A model generated the notes under the pieces. The model had not been told where the DNA came from and ran no database searches. It saw nothing but the letters and a program-made list of their open reading frames with translations. 64,000 nt of DNA from Lama guanicoe. Taxonomy: Eukaryota. Location: positions 4,403,802-4,467,801 of the forward strand of contig MU054400.1 in assembly GCA_013239625.1 (NCBI GenBank), given 5' to 3'. Of this stretch, positions 11,780 through 23,930 are shown piece after piece. The first letter of the stretch is position 1, and each line of letters opens with the position of its first letter. A program made the position numbers and the translations under genes.

Positions 11780-12440
11780 TTCACACATGCTGCTCGCAGC
11801 CTGCGAATACAATCCCGGCCCTGTTCCCCGGCCCGGGGCCGTGCGAGAGTCATGAAGTCATCACAGCTGCCACTGCGGGGCCCGGGGGCGCCCCCAGCGC
11901 GCTGGCCGGAGTCCCGCCCCCGCCGGCTCAGACGCCCCCCCGGGGGGGGGGGCGCGAGACCCACCCGGCCGCCGGCAGCCTGGTGCTGGCCCACAGCTAC
12001 ACAGCACCGAGCCTCTGGGCCTCAGGGGGCCGGGCCCCCGGATTTAAGGCCTTTTACACGCGGAACGCGTCGCGAGGATGGCCCCCAACCTGACGCCTCG
12101 GTGTCAAGCACAGCTCTCCTCAGTGGCATCCCCCTCCTCCCCCGCCGCCGCCGTGCGCAGCACTGAAGAATTGCGGGGCACGGGACTGGGACCTCACAAG
12201 CATCATTCGGGGAAGGCGTCCTCCGTCTCAGGAGGGCTGCCTGGCCTCGGGCTCCATCGGTGCCAGTGGAAAAAGCGACGTACGTGCCAAGTCACAGGAG
12301 AGCGAGTCCCGGCCCCTTGGCTTTACAATCTGTTTCATGAGCTGTTCTTCCCAGCACGCCTGGCTGTCCCAATTTCTCCATTAGCACCGCCGCAGATGTG
12401 AACACGAGCGCCTGGGGCGTCTTTCCCGGGGAACCCCGAG
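11780..12440. promoter_or_regulatory. CpG island / GC-rich promoter candidate
   Basis: Sharp local rise in GC and CpG, GC box CCCGCCCC near 11913, HRE-type TACGTG 12281-12286, no repeats. Confidence 0.75.
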
Positions 12441-12908
12441 GCCTCTGAAGCAAGCAGGTGGCAGCCCCGAAAATTCTGGGAGGGCTGGGTTTCTGATGTT
12501 TAAACGGCCTCCTCTTTCACCATCTCAGCTGGGGCAGTCCTATGATGTGGGGGTTTGGGGTCAGCTTTAACGTGAGCCCCATTACCTATGCCACTGCAGG
12601 ACCTGCCTCTGCCTGGTGACCTGCTGCCTTTCCCTGGGACCAGAAACACTGCGGTTGGGAGGAGCATCAGAGGGCCTCGCAATCTAAGTAGCCCAAAGGG
12701 TCCTTTGTCCTGGGGAGAGGCGGACTAACGGAGGGCAGGGACAGGGCATGGAGTAGGGAGCAGGCAGGTCACCAGGAAGGCTGACAAGCAGAGAGGGGGT
12801 GTTCCGAGGGGCTGGAGGTTAGGAATTCAGCATTTCCCGCTGACTGAAATCCTTAGAGACACTTTACGGTGTGCCCCTTCCCCCATCTCTCTTCCTCCTG
12901 TCCCTTAC

Positions 12909-13211
12909 CATCAACCTGCTTATTTCCAGCCACAGCTGTGGTTGCACATCTCAGATCTCTGAGAAGCACAGCTTCATCTCTGAATCACTGCTCTGGGTCT
13001 TTTTGAAAGCGAGACATTGCAAAGGAGAAGGGATATTTCCATCCCCAGCTCAGTGGGCTTCAGCCCCGCTCCATCAGCATCCCCTCCTTCATGCATCAGG
13101 TGTGTTCCCCTCCACCTAACCCCTCTAGCATAAAGGGGTTCATAAAGAAGACAAAAGAAGAAAGATTTCCAAGGAGGAGCACACTGAAAGTACCCTCTCT
13201 CAGCCCAGCAT
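12909..13211 (-). other. Candidate first exon of an unidentified minus-strand gene
   Basis: Starts about 28 nt downstream of TTTATAA (13239-13233) and ends GTTGATG|GTAAGG (intron would start at 12908). Confidence 0.35.
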
Positions 13212-13330
13212 AGAGGCTGAGTCTGGAGCTGGTTATAAAGCCGGAGAGAGAGGAGGGAGGGGAGGAGAGAGGAGGGGAGAGGAACGGTGGGAGGAGGGGA
13301 GGGGCAGGGCGGAGCTGGTGCTGAGGAAAC
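13212..13330 (-). promoter_or_regulatory. Candidate core promoter: TATA-like box, GA/G-rich tract, GC box
   Basis: ggttataaagcc 13231-13242, purine/G-run tract to about 13310, GGGCGG 13307-13312. Orientation inferred from the GC-box side. Confidence 0.45.
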
Positions 13331-15741
13331 CAACATGGAACCAGAGAGTAGAGCTGGGAAAAGTCAGAGTCACTGGGGTCACCAACTCCCTTCTTCCTCT
13401 GCCCATCACCCGGGAGGACGTCCAAGGATGAGAACAGGGGACACGTGGAGACACTGCTCAGGCAACATCACAAAGAAGGATGGAGAAAATTCTGCATTAT
13501 TGTACAGAAATTAGACCACAATAAAGTTGTTTAAAATTTTTTTTAAAAAAAGAAAGAAAAACCTGCCTAATGGCTAAGATGGTGTGAGAGAAAGTGGAAA
13601 GTGGAAAGTGGCCACTACACACCCCTATCCAGGGGCTCTGTCTGCTCTTATCTGAAGGATCTTCACATGTGAGTGCCTGCTTAAATTGTTTCCTAAAAAA
13701 AAATAGTGAAAAACATGTTATGTATGTCCGAAAAAGAGGGTTCTTAAGGAAGAATTGAGAGCGCACACTAGACATAGTTTTGAGGTAGAAATTGAAGCAA
13801 TAGACATCATTTAGCGTATATATAAAAAATTGATGTTTGAAAAATTGTAAATACTTATTATAAAAAAGCAATCACTCAACTATACACGGAATAAGTCATC
13901 TCTCTAGCTATGTTTTGGCTATAATCTGGGTGTTCACGTAATCTTCATCGTCCAAACAGGAAACTAAGGCACCAGGCCAGCCATCTAGAATGTGAGTCCC
14001 CCCTGGCTCCAACTAAACTCACCGGAGATCGTGTCGGCTTGTGGATGTTTAATTTACAACAGCTAGCGGTGAACGCCAGGGGAGGCAGGAACGATGCTGC
14101 ACCTTCACGAGCTCAGCTTTGTCTCTCAGACCCAGGAAATCACACTCCCTCTCACCCTCCTGACAGATCACGCAGGACAGCAGGGACCAGAGGGCAACAA
14201 GTGGGCTTCACATAGGAGGGAACCCCACCCCCAGAGACACTGCTTCCTGAAACCCGATCCTCCGTTAACAGCAGAAGAGTATCATCCTTCCTCCCCGAAT
14301 TATTTTATCCTGAGACTATGACACAGAAGTTTCCTTGGATTCCTGGAATGTACTTAAAAAAACTAAGAACAGGCTAGACCGTGCCCCAGGCACCTTGACC
14401 ACGTGCTCACAACGTTCAGTAGTCCCAGGCATCTTACTCTTGCACCGAACAGTTCTACAAAGGGCGTAACACCATCTGGCCCTCGAGACACACCTATCGC
14501 ACAAGATAACACGTGCTGTCTCTCCAATGACGCCGAGTTCCTTGAAGAGACAGAATATATTCTAAACTGGACCTACTTGCTTTTTGATCTGAGAATATAT
14601 GTCCCAGGATAGCAACTCAAATACAAGTTCCCTTCACAGCCCTAAAAAATGTTGACTTACCCAGCTTCCATTGGACTCCTAGATTCTAGGTAAACAAAAT
14701 ACTTCCTGTGAATTCCTGGAGCTGGGGCCAGTCGGGCCATGGGGGAGGCCCAGGCAGGGGACAGTCACAGGCAGGAAAGAGACAAGAGGACATCAGGCCC
14801 CCGAGTCCAGCCCTTGCAGATCTGCAGCCCTCAGGAGGGAGCCCTGGAGTTGCCACTTGTCCGGGAGGGATTCGGGATCTGTAAGGAAGCAGGTTTAGTG
14901 CCCCTTGGTCACGTGCAGTGGCCAGCACTGATGGGCACCCTCAGAGACGCACCATGCAGAGTGAATATTTTCTGTCTCTGCTAAGATACGTCCACTCCCT
15001 CATCTTCTTGGGCCTAAAGAATGTTACATTGGGTTTTTTAGAAAGTAGCATTTATGCAAGAATTTGCATTTCATCTTTTATCTTCAAGGCACTGTCCCAA
15101 GGGCTCCTAGGGAAGGAGGAGGGATGTAGGGGGAAGAAAGAGGCAGAGGACCTGGCTTTGCTGTAGCTCCTAAGTTGGAATTTCGTATAAGATTATATTT
15201 GAACTGAAGTTTCATTTCCAAAAAAAAAAAATTGCAAATTGTTTCTCTTTCATAGAATACAGTTCATGTCTAATGCCTGTCTGTGTCACGTGGGCATACA
15301 AACTGTGGAGTTCTCTCAAGGCTCGTGAAGGTAAGAACGTGGACAAATCCAGATCATCACATGGGGAAGAGCCTGCTGTCAGTCCTCGCAATCTAGAATC
15401 TTCCCCACTCACTGAAGGGTGATAAGCAACTCTCAAGGGCATTGTCTTTTGTTGTCTGGGAACTGACCTTTGGTCTCCGCTACATAATACAGGGTTTCAT
15501 GGCGTCCCCGGGGTGCAGCCAGGGCAGGAGAAACAGTGGGACGCTGTGTTTGGTGTCTCGCTCCACCAGACAAGACCCAGTCGTTTTTGCCTTATTTAGA
15601 AAAAGACTTGTTTTATGATGACACGGACCGTTTGTTAGCACAGAGAGAGACAGAGAGGCTCACAATGTTTGAGTCCCTTATCTCGCATTGTTTATGTTCT
15701 TAAAATAATTTAATTAGCTTAATAAACAAAAGCAGTTTCAA

Positions 15742-16419
15742 TTCATAAACAAAGAGAACTCAAAAAAAAAAAAAGAAAGAAAAGAAAAATCAAATGTTCC
15801 AAAAGGCAAGAAGAATAAAAAGTCAAATCATTCCAAGGCCTTCTCCCACTCTCTGTTTTGCACACTCCCTGCAAATGTCATCCCTGAGGGCCACTGGGAC
15901 TTCTGGGATGTGGGCTCATTTCCTCATTTTGTTAGAATTTGGGAGGTCATGGATGCCTTCGAGAAAGATCGATATTTCAGCTGGCTCTGAATGTCACAGC
16001 TCTGTCTACCTTCTTAAATCACTCCCTAATAAGTTAACACGGAGAAAAGAGTCAAACATAAGGCTTATCATTTACAAAGCAGTTTTAACTGCATGGATCG
16101 ATTCCATTTTTAAAGCAGGAAGAATGAAAAACCCTAAGGCTAAAGGGAGATTTCTGAACAAGCAAAAGGAATGAAGGGGTTACATAACTCCGAGTTCACA
16201 TGATCAGCCCAAGCTGACTATAGCATGGTAACCTACCATTGTGTCTTTATTAATATTTTGGACTTTTCATTATTATAAACTCTTTAACCCGTAGATGACT
16301 GAGGATGGTTTCAAAATATTTATTCTCGTCACCTCTATGCTCCATGCTTCATAAACAAAGAGAACCCCAAAAAATCAAATGTTCTAAAAGGCAAGAAGAA
16401 TAGAAAAGTCAACTCATTC
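15742..16419. repeat. Dispersed direct repeat pair (15742-15833 and 16348-16419)
   Basis: ttcataaacaaagagaac...aaaatcaaatgttc.aaaaggcaagaagaata..aaagtcaa.tcattc occurs twice, 606 bp apart. Confidence 0.9.
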
Positions 16420-16584
16420 TATAATCTCTATACTTTAATGTACAGTGTGTGTGTGTGTGTGTGTACTTTACAGAATGCAGTTTATGAACTGTGGGCAGAA
16501 ATGTAAATCAATGGAATATAGATTAGGGTCAAATGCAAAATCTACAAGTAGTTGTATACTTGACACAAATAACATTAGCACTTG

Positions 16585-16800
16585 GTTTAAGCACTAATTA
16601 CATGGTGGTCACGTACTAAGAACTTCATGCAGATTATCTCTTAATCTTCCAGAAACCCGTGAGGTAGATACAGTTGACCCCCCCATTTTACCTACGAGTA
16701 AACTGAGGTTTGGAGTTTGCCCAATGAATATAGCTAGAAAGTGTGGAAGCAGCCTCGAAATCCAGCTTCTCTGCCTCGGAAGGTTCACTCTCAACTCCTG
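16585..16800 (-). mobile_element. MIR SINE
   Basis: cccattttacctacgagtaaactgaggttt...gtttgcccaa antisense MIR core. Confidence 0.8.
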
Positions 16801-16989
16801 TCTCTTCTGTGAGACGGCGGGGAGCTAACATGGAGCTCTGATGGGTTCTATTATTATTACAGCAACTGGTGTTAGGAAAGCCACGTGGCTTGCCATTGTT
16901 TTTGACATGTCTTAAATTCTGCCGAGTAAACTCCCCTCACCCATGTCAGTCATAGTTTGATCAGATAAGCAGAATCACCTAGAGAGATT

Positions 16990-17522
16990 GCATGCATTTT
17001 ACATGTATATGTATATACATAGGTGTATATGCATGTATGTGTATAGCTAGAGATGGATCCTTTTTAAAGGATTTCTGCCTTACGAAACTGTGGGAGCTGA
17101 CCAGGCTGTCTCTATAAGGCTGTTGTCCCCAGGGAAGGCAGGGGAGAAGCAAGGACAAGCTGGAACCCCAGAGGACACCCACATCAACTCTTACGGCCTC
17201 TGACTTTGACGATGTTGGTGTCCTGCAGGACAAGCTGGTGCCCTTCATCACAGAGCTGTCCCCGGGAGTCAGAGAAGCCAAAGGAGGATGTAGAGAGGGA
17301 GGAGCCACTGCAGGGCTGGCGGCTGCCCCACACCAATCAGGCGAGCCAGCAGGTAAGCGCCAAACTCTTGAGCTATATTGTGGCTTGCTCCTTCACTTCC
17401 TCCCTCCAAATCTGCCTTAAGAGACTCTCTTGTGACCTACCCTAACCCAAAATGTAAAGGGGAAGGAATTCTGGGAAACGTAGTTCAGTCTAGGCAAGTT
17501 GACATCTTACAAAGCAGCCACA
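16990..17522 (-). mobile_element. ERVL solo LTR (LTR40-like)
   Basis: Ends gggaaggaattctgggaaacgtagttcagtctaggcaagttgacatcttacaaagcagccaca, the reverse complement of an ERVL LTR 5' end. Confidence 0.65.
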
Positions 17523-18160
17523 CCCTCCACTCCCTGTTTTCTTGCATTAAAGGAGCTGCAGTGTTCTGTGTAGAAAAACATAATCACAGATGATGGAGAT
17601 GACTTCGCTCTGCCACACAGCGAGCACACTGTGGTATCCACAGACTCCTAGAGCATCTCCTTTGCGCAGACACTGTGTACCAAGGGCGCAAGATGGATGG
17701 GAACTGGCTCCTGCCTTCAAGAGGCTCATCTTCTGGGAGCAAGAGGGAAAGAGAAACAAAACAGTTTGTATCAATAAAAGTATTATGATAATTGCTCCCA
17801 GGGTGCAGTAGGAACCCACAAAAGCAGCTCACTCTACCCAAGCTGAGATTTCAGTTGAGCTTCCCAGAGGATGAGGTGTCCAAGTGGTCGCAAAGGATGC
17901 GGGAAGAGCTGGCCAAGTGAAGGATAACGAGGGATTTTAAGGTGGATGGCAGGAAAGAATGACCACTGAGGTCTATGGCAGAGGCGGGATGGAGAGATTT
18001 GTAAGCAACAATTGTGGGCGGCTGGGAGCAGAAGGGAAAGATGGAGAAAGAAGCGTGGCAAATCCTGAAAAGGCTATGCGTGGTATTCGAGGGAGCCTGG
18101 ACTTCATCTCTTACTAACTGGGGAGCAATGAACGAGTTCAGCATCTGAAAATATTGTCAT

Positions 18161-18682
18161 TGAGGCAAATAATCTCCATGGTAACCACCTCAATGACTTC
18201 CCTCTCTGTACATGTGCTCACCACATTCAAAGGTAGGGTCTAATTCCCCTCCTGTTGAATCTTGAGCTGGTCTAAGCAACTGCTTGACCACGAAAAGGTA
18301 ACAGAAACAACATTCCAGGGGCAGGTCTGAAGAAGTCTTACAACTTCTGCCCAGTCTCTTGGAATGCTCTCTTGGGACATGACACCCCTTTTTGGAAGCA
18401 AACTCGCGCTGTCAGAAGCCCAAGCCACAGGGAGATGGCACACACCAGTGCTCTGGTCGTCACCCCAGCTGAGCTCCCTGCCGAACCCCACCACGTGGGC
18501 TGCCATCATGAATGTCCAGCCAGGTCAAGCCTTCAGATGACTCCAGTCCCAGCCACCATCTTCATGAGAGCACCCAGATGAGAACTGCCTCCATCAAGTC
18601 ACAGAATTTGGGCAATAATAAATTTTGTTTTAGACTTCTAAGTTTTCATATGGTAGTCATATAGCAACCAATAACCAGAATT
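18161..18682 (+). mobile_element. MaLR solo LTR (MLT1G/H-like) with 5-bp TSD
   Basis: ccttcagatgactccagtcccagcc, aataaat...tagcaaccaataaccagaa; GTCAT at 18156-18160 and 18683-18687. Confidence 0.85.
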
Positions 18683-19127
18683 GTCATTTTTATATTTTAG
18701 GGGAGTAAAAGACTATTGGAGTCCAGCTGATTGACTTAAGAGAGATAAAATGGAAGTAGGGAGACCCGGTAGGAATCCATCGCCAAGATCAAAAGAAAAA
18801 AATGACAGCCTGAATCTGAGAGTACTAGTTGGGGTAAAGAAGAAAAGCTGGATTCTGGAAACAGGAAGCAAAATTAATAGACTTTATGATGAATGGAGGT
18901 AAAGGAGAGAGAAGAGTCAAAAGTGCTCTGTGTGTCTCTTGTACAACAGGGTGGAAGCTGGCTGTCCCAGTTCCAAAGACCTAGAATGTGGAAGGAGGAC
19001 TAGACACTGCTATTCAGGTTACTGAGGACTCTGATGGGGAATTTTTACCAATGTGATGGCAGTTTAGCAAAGCTGAGAAGTGAGATAAGAGGACTCAGAC
19101 ATTATCCTTTTAAGAAACTTTGCTGCA

Positions 19128-19680
19128 CGTAAAAAACAAGGAAGTCCTACTGTTCGCTCAGTGACAAAGGACCTTGAGGGCATTAGGCTAAGTGAAGTCA
19201 GTCAGACAGAGAAAGAAAAATACTGTGTGATCTCACTTACACGTGGAATCTAAAAACAAACAAACAAACAAACTGATAGAAAAAAGAATCAGCTATGTGG
19301 TTACCAGAGGTGGTGGGAGAGGAGGACGGGAAGGAGAGGGAAATTGGAGGAAGGTGATCAAAAGGTACAAACTTTCCAGTTATAAGAGAAATAAGTCTTA
19401 GGGATGTAATGTACAACAGGAGGGCTATAGTTAACGCCGCCGTGTAATATACAGGAAAGCAGCTAAGAGAGTAAATCCTGCGAGTTCTTATCACAAGGAA
19501 AACAAACTTTTGGCTTTCTCTTTGACTTTATCTGTATGAGGTAACAGACGTCAAATTTATAGACGTAATCCTTTCACAACATATGTAAGTCAAACAGTTG
19601 TACACTTTGGAATTATACAATGATGTATGTCCATTATACCTCAATAAAAGTGGGGAAAAACTAAAATAAAACATTTTAAT
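19128..19680 (+). mobile_element. LINE-1 3' end
   Basis: gctaagtgaagtcagtcagacagagaaagaaaaatactgtgtgatctcactt...cattatacctcaataaaa. Confidence 0.88.
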
Positions 19681-20486
19681 GAATTAATTTTAAAAAGAAA
19701 AGGAAAAACTGGGCTGGGATGGAAAGGAAAGGCGGTGGTAGCCAGAGGAGAAACGCAAGTGAAGGAAGTTTTTGTTTCTTATTCTTGTTGCTGTTGTTCA
19801 CATGCTGGGTTTTTTGTTTGCTTGTCAAAAAGGGAGAGATGAGCATATAAGACAAAAGAACCTAGACAAAAGGAAAAACAGAAAGGGCTCCAAGAGAAAG
19901 TCTTGCAGGAGGAGACTCCCAGCACTGGCCGGGGTGCACAGCTGGCACAGGGATGGGTCCCCTCCTAGACTGGCAGGCTTGAGGGAGCCTAATTTAGAAG
20001 CAGGATATTACAAGAGGCAGAATCATGTGAAATTCAACAACTTAGTGGCAGAGCACTTCACATATCATGTTTCCTTCTAATAGGCTTAACCAGCTGCCTC
20101 TGAGCATTAACGCTCGTCTTCAGGAGGTAAGCGTGGGGACCGATGGATGAATTACTACCTAGACATCCATGGACTTACAATAGTTTATAAAGGCTTGAAA
20201 GCCTTCCGCTCACCCAGGAAGGTCCCTCCTTCTTCTGCCACAGGACTAGGATTTCTTACAAGACAAGAACATTTGGACCACATCTGCCCTTTTGTAGGCA
20301 AACAACCCAAAAAACTATTTGCCGTTCTCCCTCCTCACCCGGTGCTATAGGTGGGAGCTGTGGGTGGAGCACTTAGCCATCCCTCCTTCTGCAACAAGGA
20401 ACCACCGCCTTCCTAATGAGAACATGTGGGAGGATTATGCAGAGGAGAGAACTAGAGAAAGTGATTTTCAACATCTGTGTATGGGA

Positions 20487-20598
20487 GGGAGGGTGTAGCT
20501 CAGTATGCTTAGCATGCACGAGGTCCTGGGTTCAATCCCCAGTACCTCCATATAAAATAAACAAATACCTAGTACTTCCCCCTTCCCCAAATTTTTAA
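20487..20598 (+). mobile_element. tRNA-derived SINE (vic-1-like) with 14-bp TSD
   Basis: gggagggtgtagctcagt...gcttagcatgcacgaggtcctgggttcaatccccagtacctcc; ATCTGTGTATGGGA at 20473-20486 and 20599-20612. Short deletion after the A-box start. Confidence 0.92.
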
Positions 20599-20619
20599 AT
20601 CTGTGTATGGGATCCTGGG

Positions 20620-21615
20620 CAGAAATCTCAGTGACCAGTACCTAAAACAGGTAGGCAGCATCCCAACAAAGGTTTAAAAGGTCAGAAAAACTGAACACTG
20701 GTCTGAAACACCACCCAGGTTCATAAAGCAGTTATGAATGCTTGAAATAAATGAAAAACAGAAAGTCACAGAAAATACAATATGTAATGAAGAAACAAAT
20801 GGAAAAATTCTAAAAGTGAAAAATACAATAACCAAAAATATTTTTAAAATCCCTGGACGGACTCCATAGCAGAAATTTGTAAGAGCAAAAAAAAAAAACC
20901 AACAGAAATAAGGGCAAAGAATATGGATAGGATTTTATGCATTGGACAGTTTATAGAAAAGGAAGTAGAAATAGCTCTTAAACATAGAAAAAGAGATTCA
21001 ACCTCACTCATAATAAGAAAAACAAAAATTAAAACTACAATGAGATAACTACTTTTCACCTATCAGAGTGGCAAGACCTCAAAGTGTGACTATACACCGT
21101 TGATGAGGCGGTGGAAAGTTCTCCTAGGTAGCTTATGGGCGTCTAGAAAAATTTAGCCACATCCCCAAAATCCACATGCCTTTTGGCCCTGTCATTTCAC
21201 TTTGGGAAATCTATTATATAGAAAACTTGCATAAAGGTGAATTGAATTGACGTATGTTCAATGTTATTCTTGGCTACATTGCTGATAATCACCAAAGACT
21301 AGAAACAATTTAATGTCCATCAACAGCTTACTGGTTAAGTTACTTCTTACATATCCATACAACGGGAGGTTATGAATTGTTTTAAAAAAAAAAAAAAGGA
21401 CTGAAGCCCTGTATAACTTCTTACCATTGAGTAAATGAAAGGGGAGTCAACAATCTCCATTTGCACGTGTTTGGATTTCCAGAAAGAAAATCTGAAAGGA
21501 CAGGTGATAGGAAGTGGCTGCCCAGTGGGGGCTGGCAAGGTGCAAAGTCATCTGACTGGATGCCTGTTAATACGTTTTGGTAGTGAACCATGTGAATGTA
21601 TTCCCTACCTGAAAA
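20620..21615 (+). mobile_element. Ancient L1 fragments (ORF1-like, then ORF2 end/3' UTR)
   Basis: aattctaaaagtgaaaaatacaataacc (ORF1-like); aaaattaaaactacaatgagataac (ORF2 C-terminus, degenerate). Confidence 0.7.
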
Positions 21616-23366
21616 AACTAAACTCAATTAGGCACAAAAAGAACAGAAATAGTCCTTACTGTCCAGTCCCAGAGGCGAATCAGAGTGGTTCCTTTATGTC
21701 TGGATGAGGTAAACTTATCCAATGTTTCCATGAACGTGGCTTCAGTATGAGCAGGGATCCTGTTTCATCTCGGGCTGTTAGTCACACGCCTTCCATGAGC
21801 CCAACACAGAAGCAGAGCCCGCGGAGCACTGGGGGCGCTGGTTAGGATGAAAGCATTTTGATTAGGAATAGTTTTTCTCCGTGGTCTGGACTGCTATAGG
21901 GGCTTGAAACCTGCCTCCTGCCTGCTGCCAGCCCCTCACTGTGTTCTGCTCATTTCACAGGGTCTCCACGTACATTTTGAAAAGATTTCCTTGTTGGAAA
22001 TACCATCAGGCTGATGATGACAACTCACCCAGCTCCCCAGCTCTCTGGTTCTGTAGATCTGGTTTCATATTGGAAACTGGGCAGAGCAAGAGTGTTTTTC
22101 CCCCTTCCTTCTCATCTGCCGGCTACCAAAAGCCACAACCATGAGCCGTTAAGCACCTGCCACATGGAAGGGCTTCCTTCTCTGGCTCAGGAGTTCCCTT
22201 TGGTTTTTGTCAGGGCCACACTGCCCCTCACCGAAGGGCAGATTCTGAGGGTGGAGTCTCTCCTCAGACTCCTCCTAACCCTTAGGAAAAACTGCAGAGG
22301 CCATTATTTTCCAGAAAGGGATCAAGTTGCTTTTCTGCCATCGCCGGGGTCACTCCATCTTCCTGTGAGCTCTGAGCAGGCTTTCTCACGGGGGCACAGC
22401 TGCTCCTGTCTGTATCTTGGGCTGATGCCCGGGCAGCTGTTGGAGGAGCACGCCCCCTCCCCCTCTTTGTCAGACCTGGCTCCTGCTTTAGCCCACTATC
22501 CAACCAGGTGATGCCCCTTAATTGGCAAAGAAGAGCCACGGGAGGCAAAATAGACTAGCCCGTACAGAGCCCGGCTCCAGTCATTTAAAATGAAATCAAT
22601 CTCACTTCTCCCCTTTCCCTCAGTGTTCTGAAATAATATTTGAAGTTCTGTTTGGTCTCTTTGGAGAACTGCCAATGACTTCAAGGCGTGTAGTGAAGTT
22701 ATATATCAAGACACGATTACACTCAGGACTTTTGAAAAGTGATTCTCACTTAGGAATAATATACGATATGAATTTAATAATCTGCCATCACTACTTCTCC
22801 TTTTTGTTTTTCTCAAGGAAATGAGTGGAATACTTACAGAAGTGAAAGGAAACCCTCTCCCGTGGATGGACTTAGTCGATCATGTCTTTTTAATTGCATA
22901 AACTCTTATCAATAGCGACTTTTGAAAGGAACAAAGTGCATGAGTTCTTAGATTTTCTGTTTGTGCTACTGACTCTGGTGAATGTTTTCAGAAAGTCTCT
23001 CCCCACCATTCGTTAACTAAAAAAATAAGGGAAAAATGCTTCTTACTACATTGAAGGTAATGGGGGAAATGCAGTCTGAGAACAGCCTAAAGCCCGCTTG
23101 TCTCTTTTCCCACAATTATGTTACCACGATTACGTAACTCATTGTGAGACTAACTGTGAACACGTCAAGTTCAATGCCCTCTTCCTTCCACCATCTGGGT
23201 AAGTGACTCTTGCACTCTTTTTACAAATGCCATCCACCGATTAATCCTAGTCTTTTCCTAAAGTTTAGCTGGTGAGTATCCATTTCCCCACACATCAGTA
23301 TGGTTTGCTTTTGAAGTAACCAGAATTTGTCGCAGGTTTTGTATTTTAACAAATGAGACTCGAAAT

Positions 23367-23930
23367 TTGGGTAGCTTCTCTCCAAGACGGCCACCGTCAA
23401 TTCCTTCCCTCCTTGGAGATGTGAGCCATTTCCCCGCTGAGGGGAGGAGTCTGTTCTTTTGTTCCCTTGAATCTTGGCAGGTTTGTGACTGCTTTAGCCA
23501 ATGGTATACGGTCAAGTGAAGCTGCCGGACTTCTGAGACTTGGCCACAAGAAGCCTGTTGGATTTTGTCTACTTCTCCTAGAACACAGGGTCTGGAGAAA
23601 GCCAGATACCACATGAGAAGTCCGACTCCCCAGAGACTGGGTGCTGTGAGCAAGCTCAAACCATCCCCATGGAGAGAGGAGGAAAGAGGTGCCGAGCCAG
23701 CCTCTAAAGGTTCCAGCCAACCTAGCCCAGACACCAGGCATGGGAATGAGAAATCTTCAGGTGACTTCAGCCCTGCTCACACGTACCTGCAGCTGGGGGC
23801 CAGCCCTCCAAGGGCGAACCATCCATTCCAGCCTGTCTACACCCAGAACTGTGAGTAATAATAATAAATTATTTTAACCTACTCAGTTTTAGAAAGGTTT
23901 GTTATGTGGAAACATTGTCTACAGCAGAAT
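23367..23930 (+). mobile_element. MaLR solo LTR (MLT1F/H-like)
   Basis: cccttgaatcttggcaggtttgtgactgctttagccaat, ttcaggtgacttcagccc, cagaactgtgagtaataataataaatt. Confidence 0.85.

Larger units (their letters stand above)
17640..19780 (-). mobile_element. L2 remnant interrupted by MLT1 and L1
   Basis: L2 motifs ctcctgccttcaagaggctca, cttcccagaggatgaggtg, gacagcctgaatctgag; collinear across the insertions. Confidence 0.6.

Noticed and set aside
11620..12401. Overlapping G/P/R/A-rich ORFs
   Set aside because: Expected from stop-codon scarcity in a CpG island; no family match.
8528..20598. tRNA genes suggested by A/B boxes
   Set aside because: TSDs, tails and no complete cloverleaf show they are SINEs.
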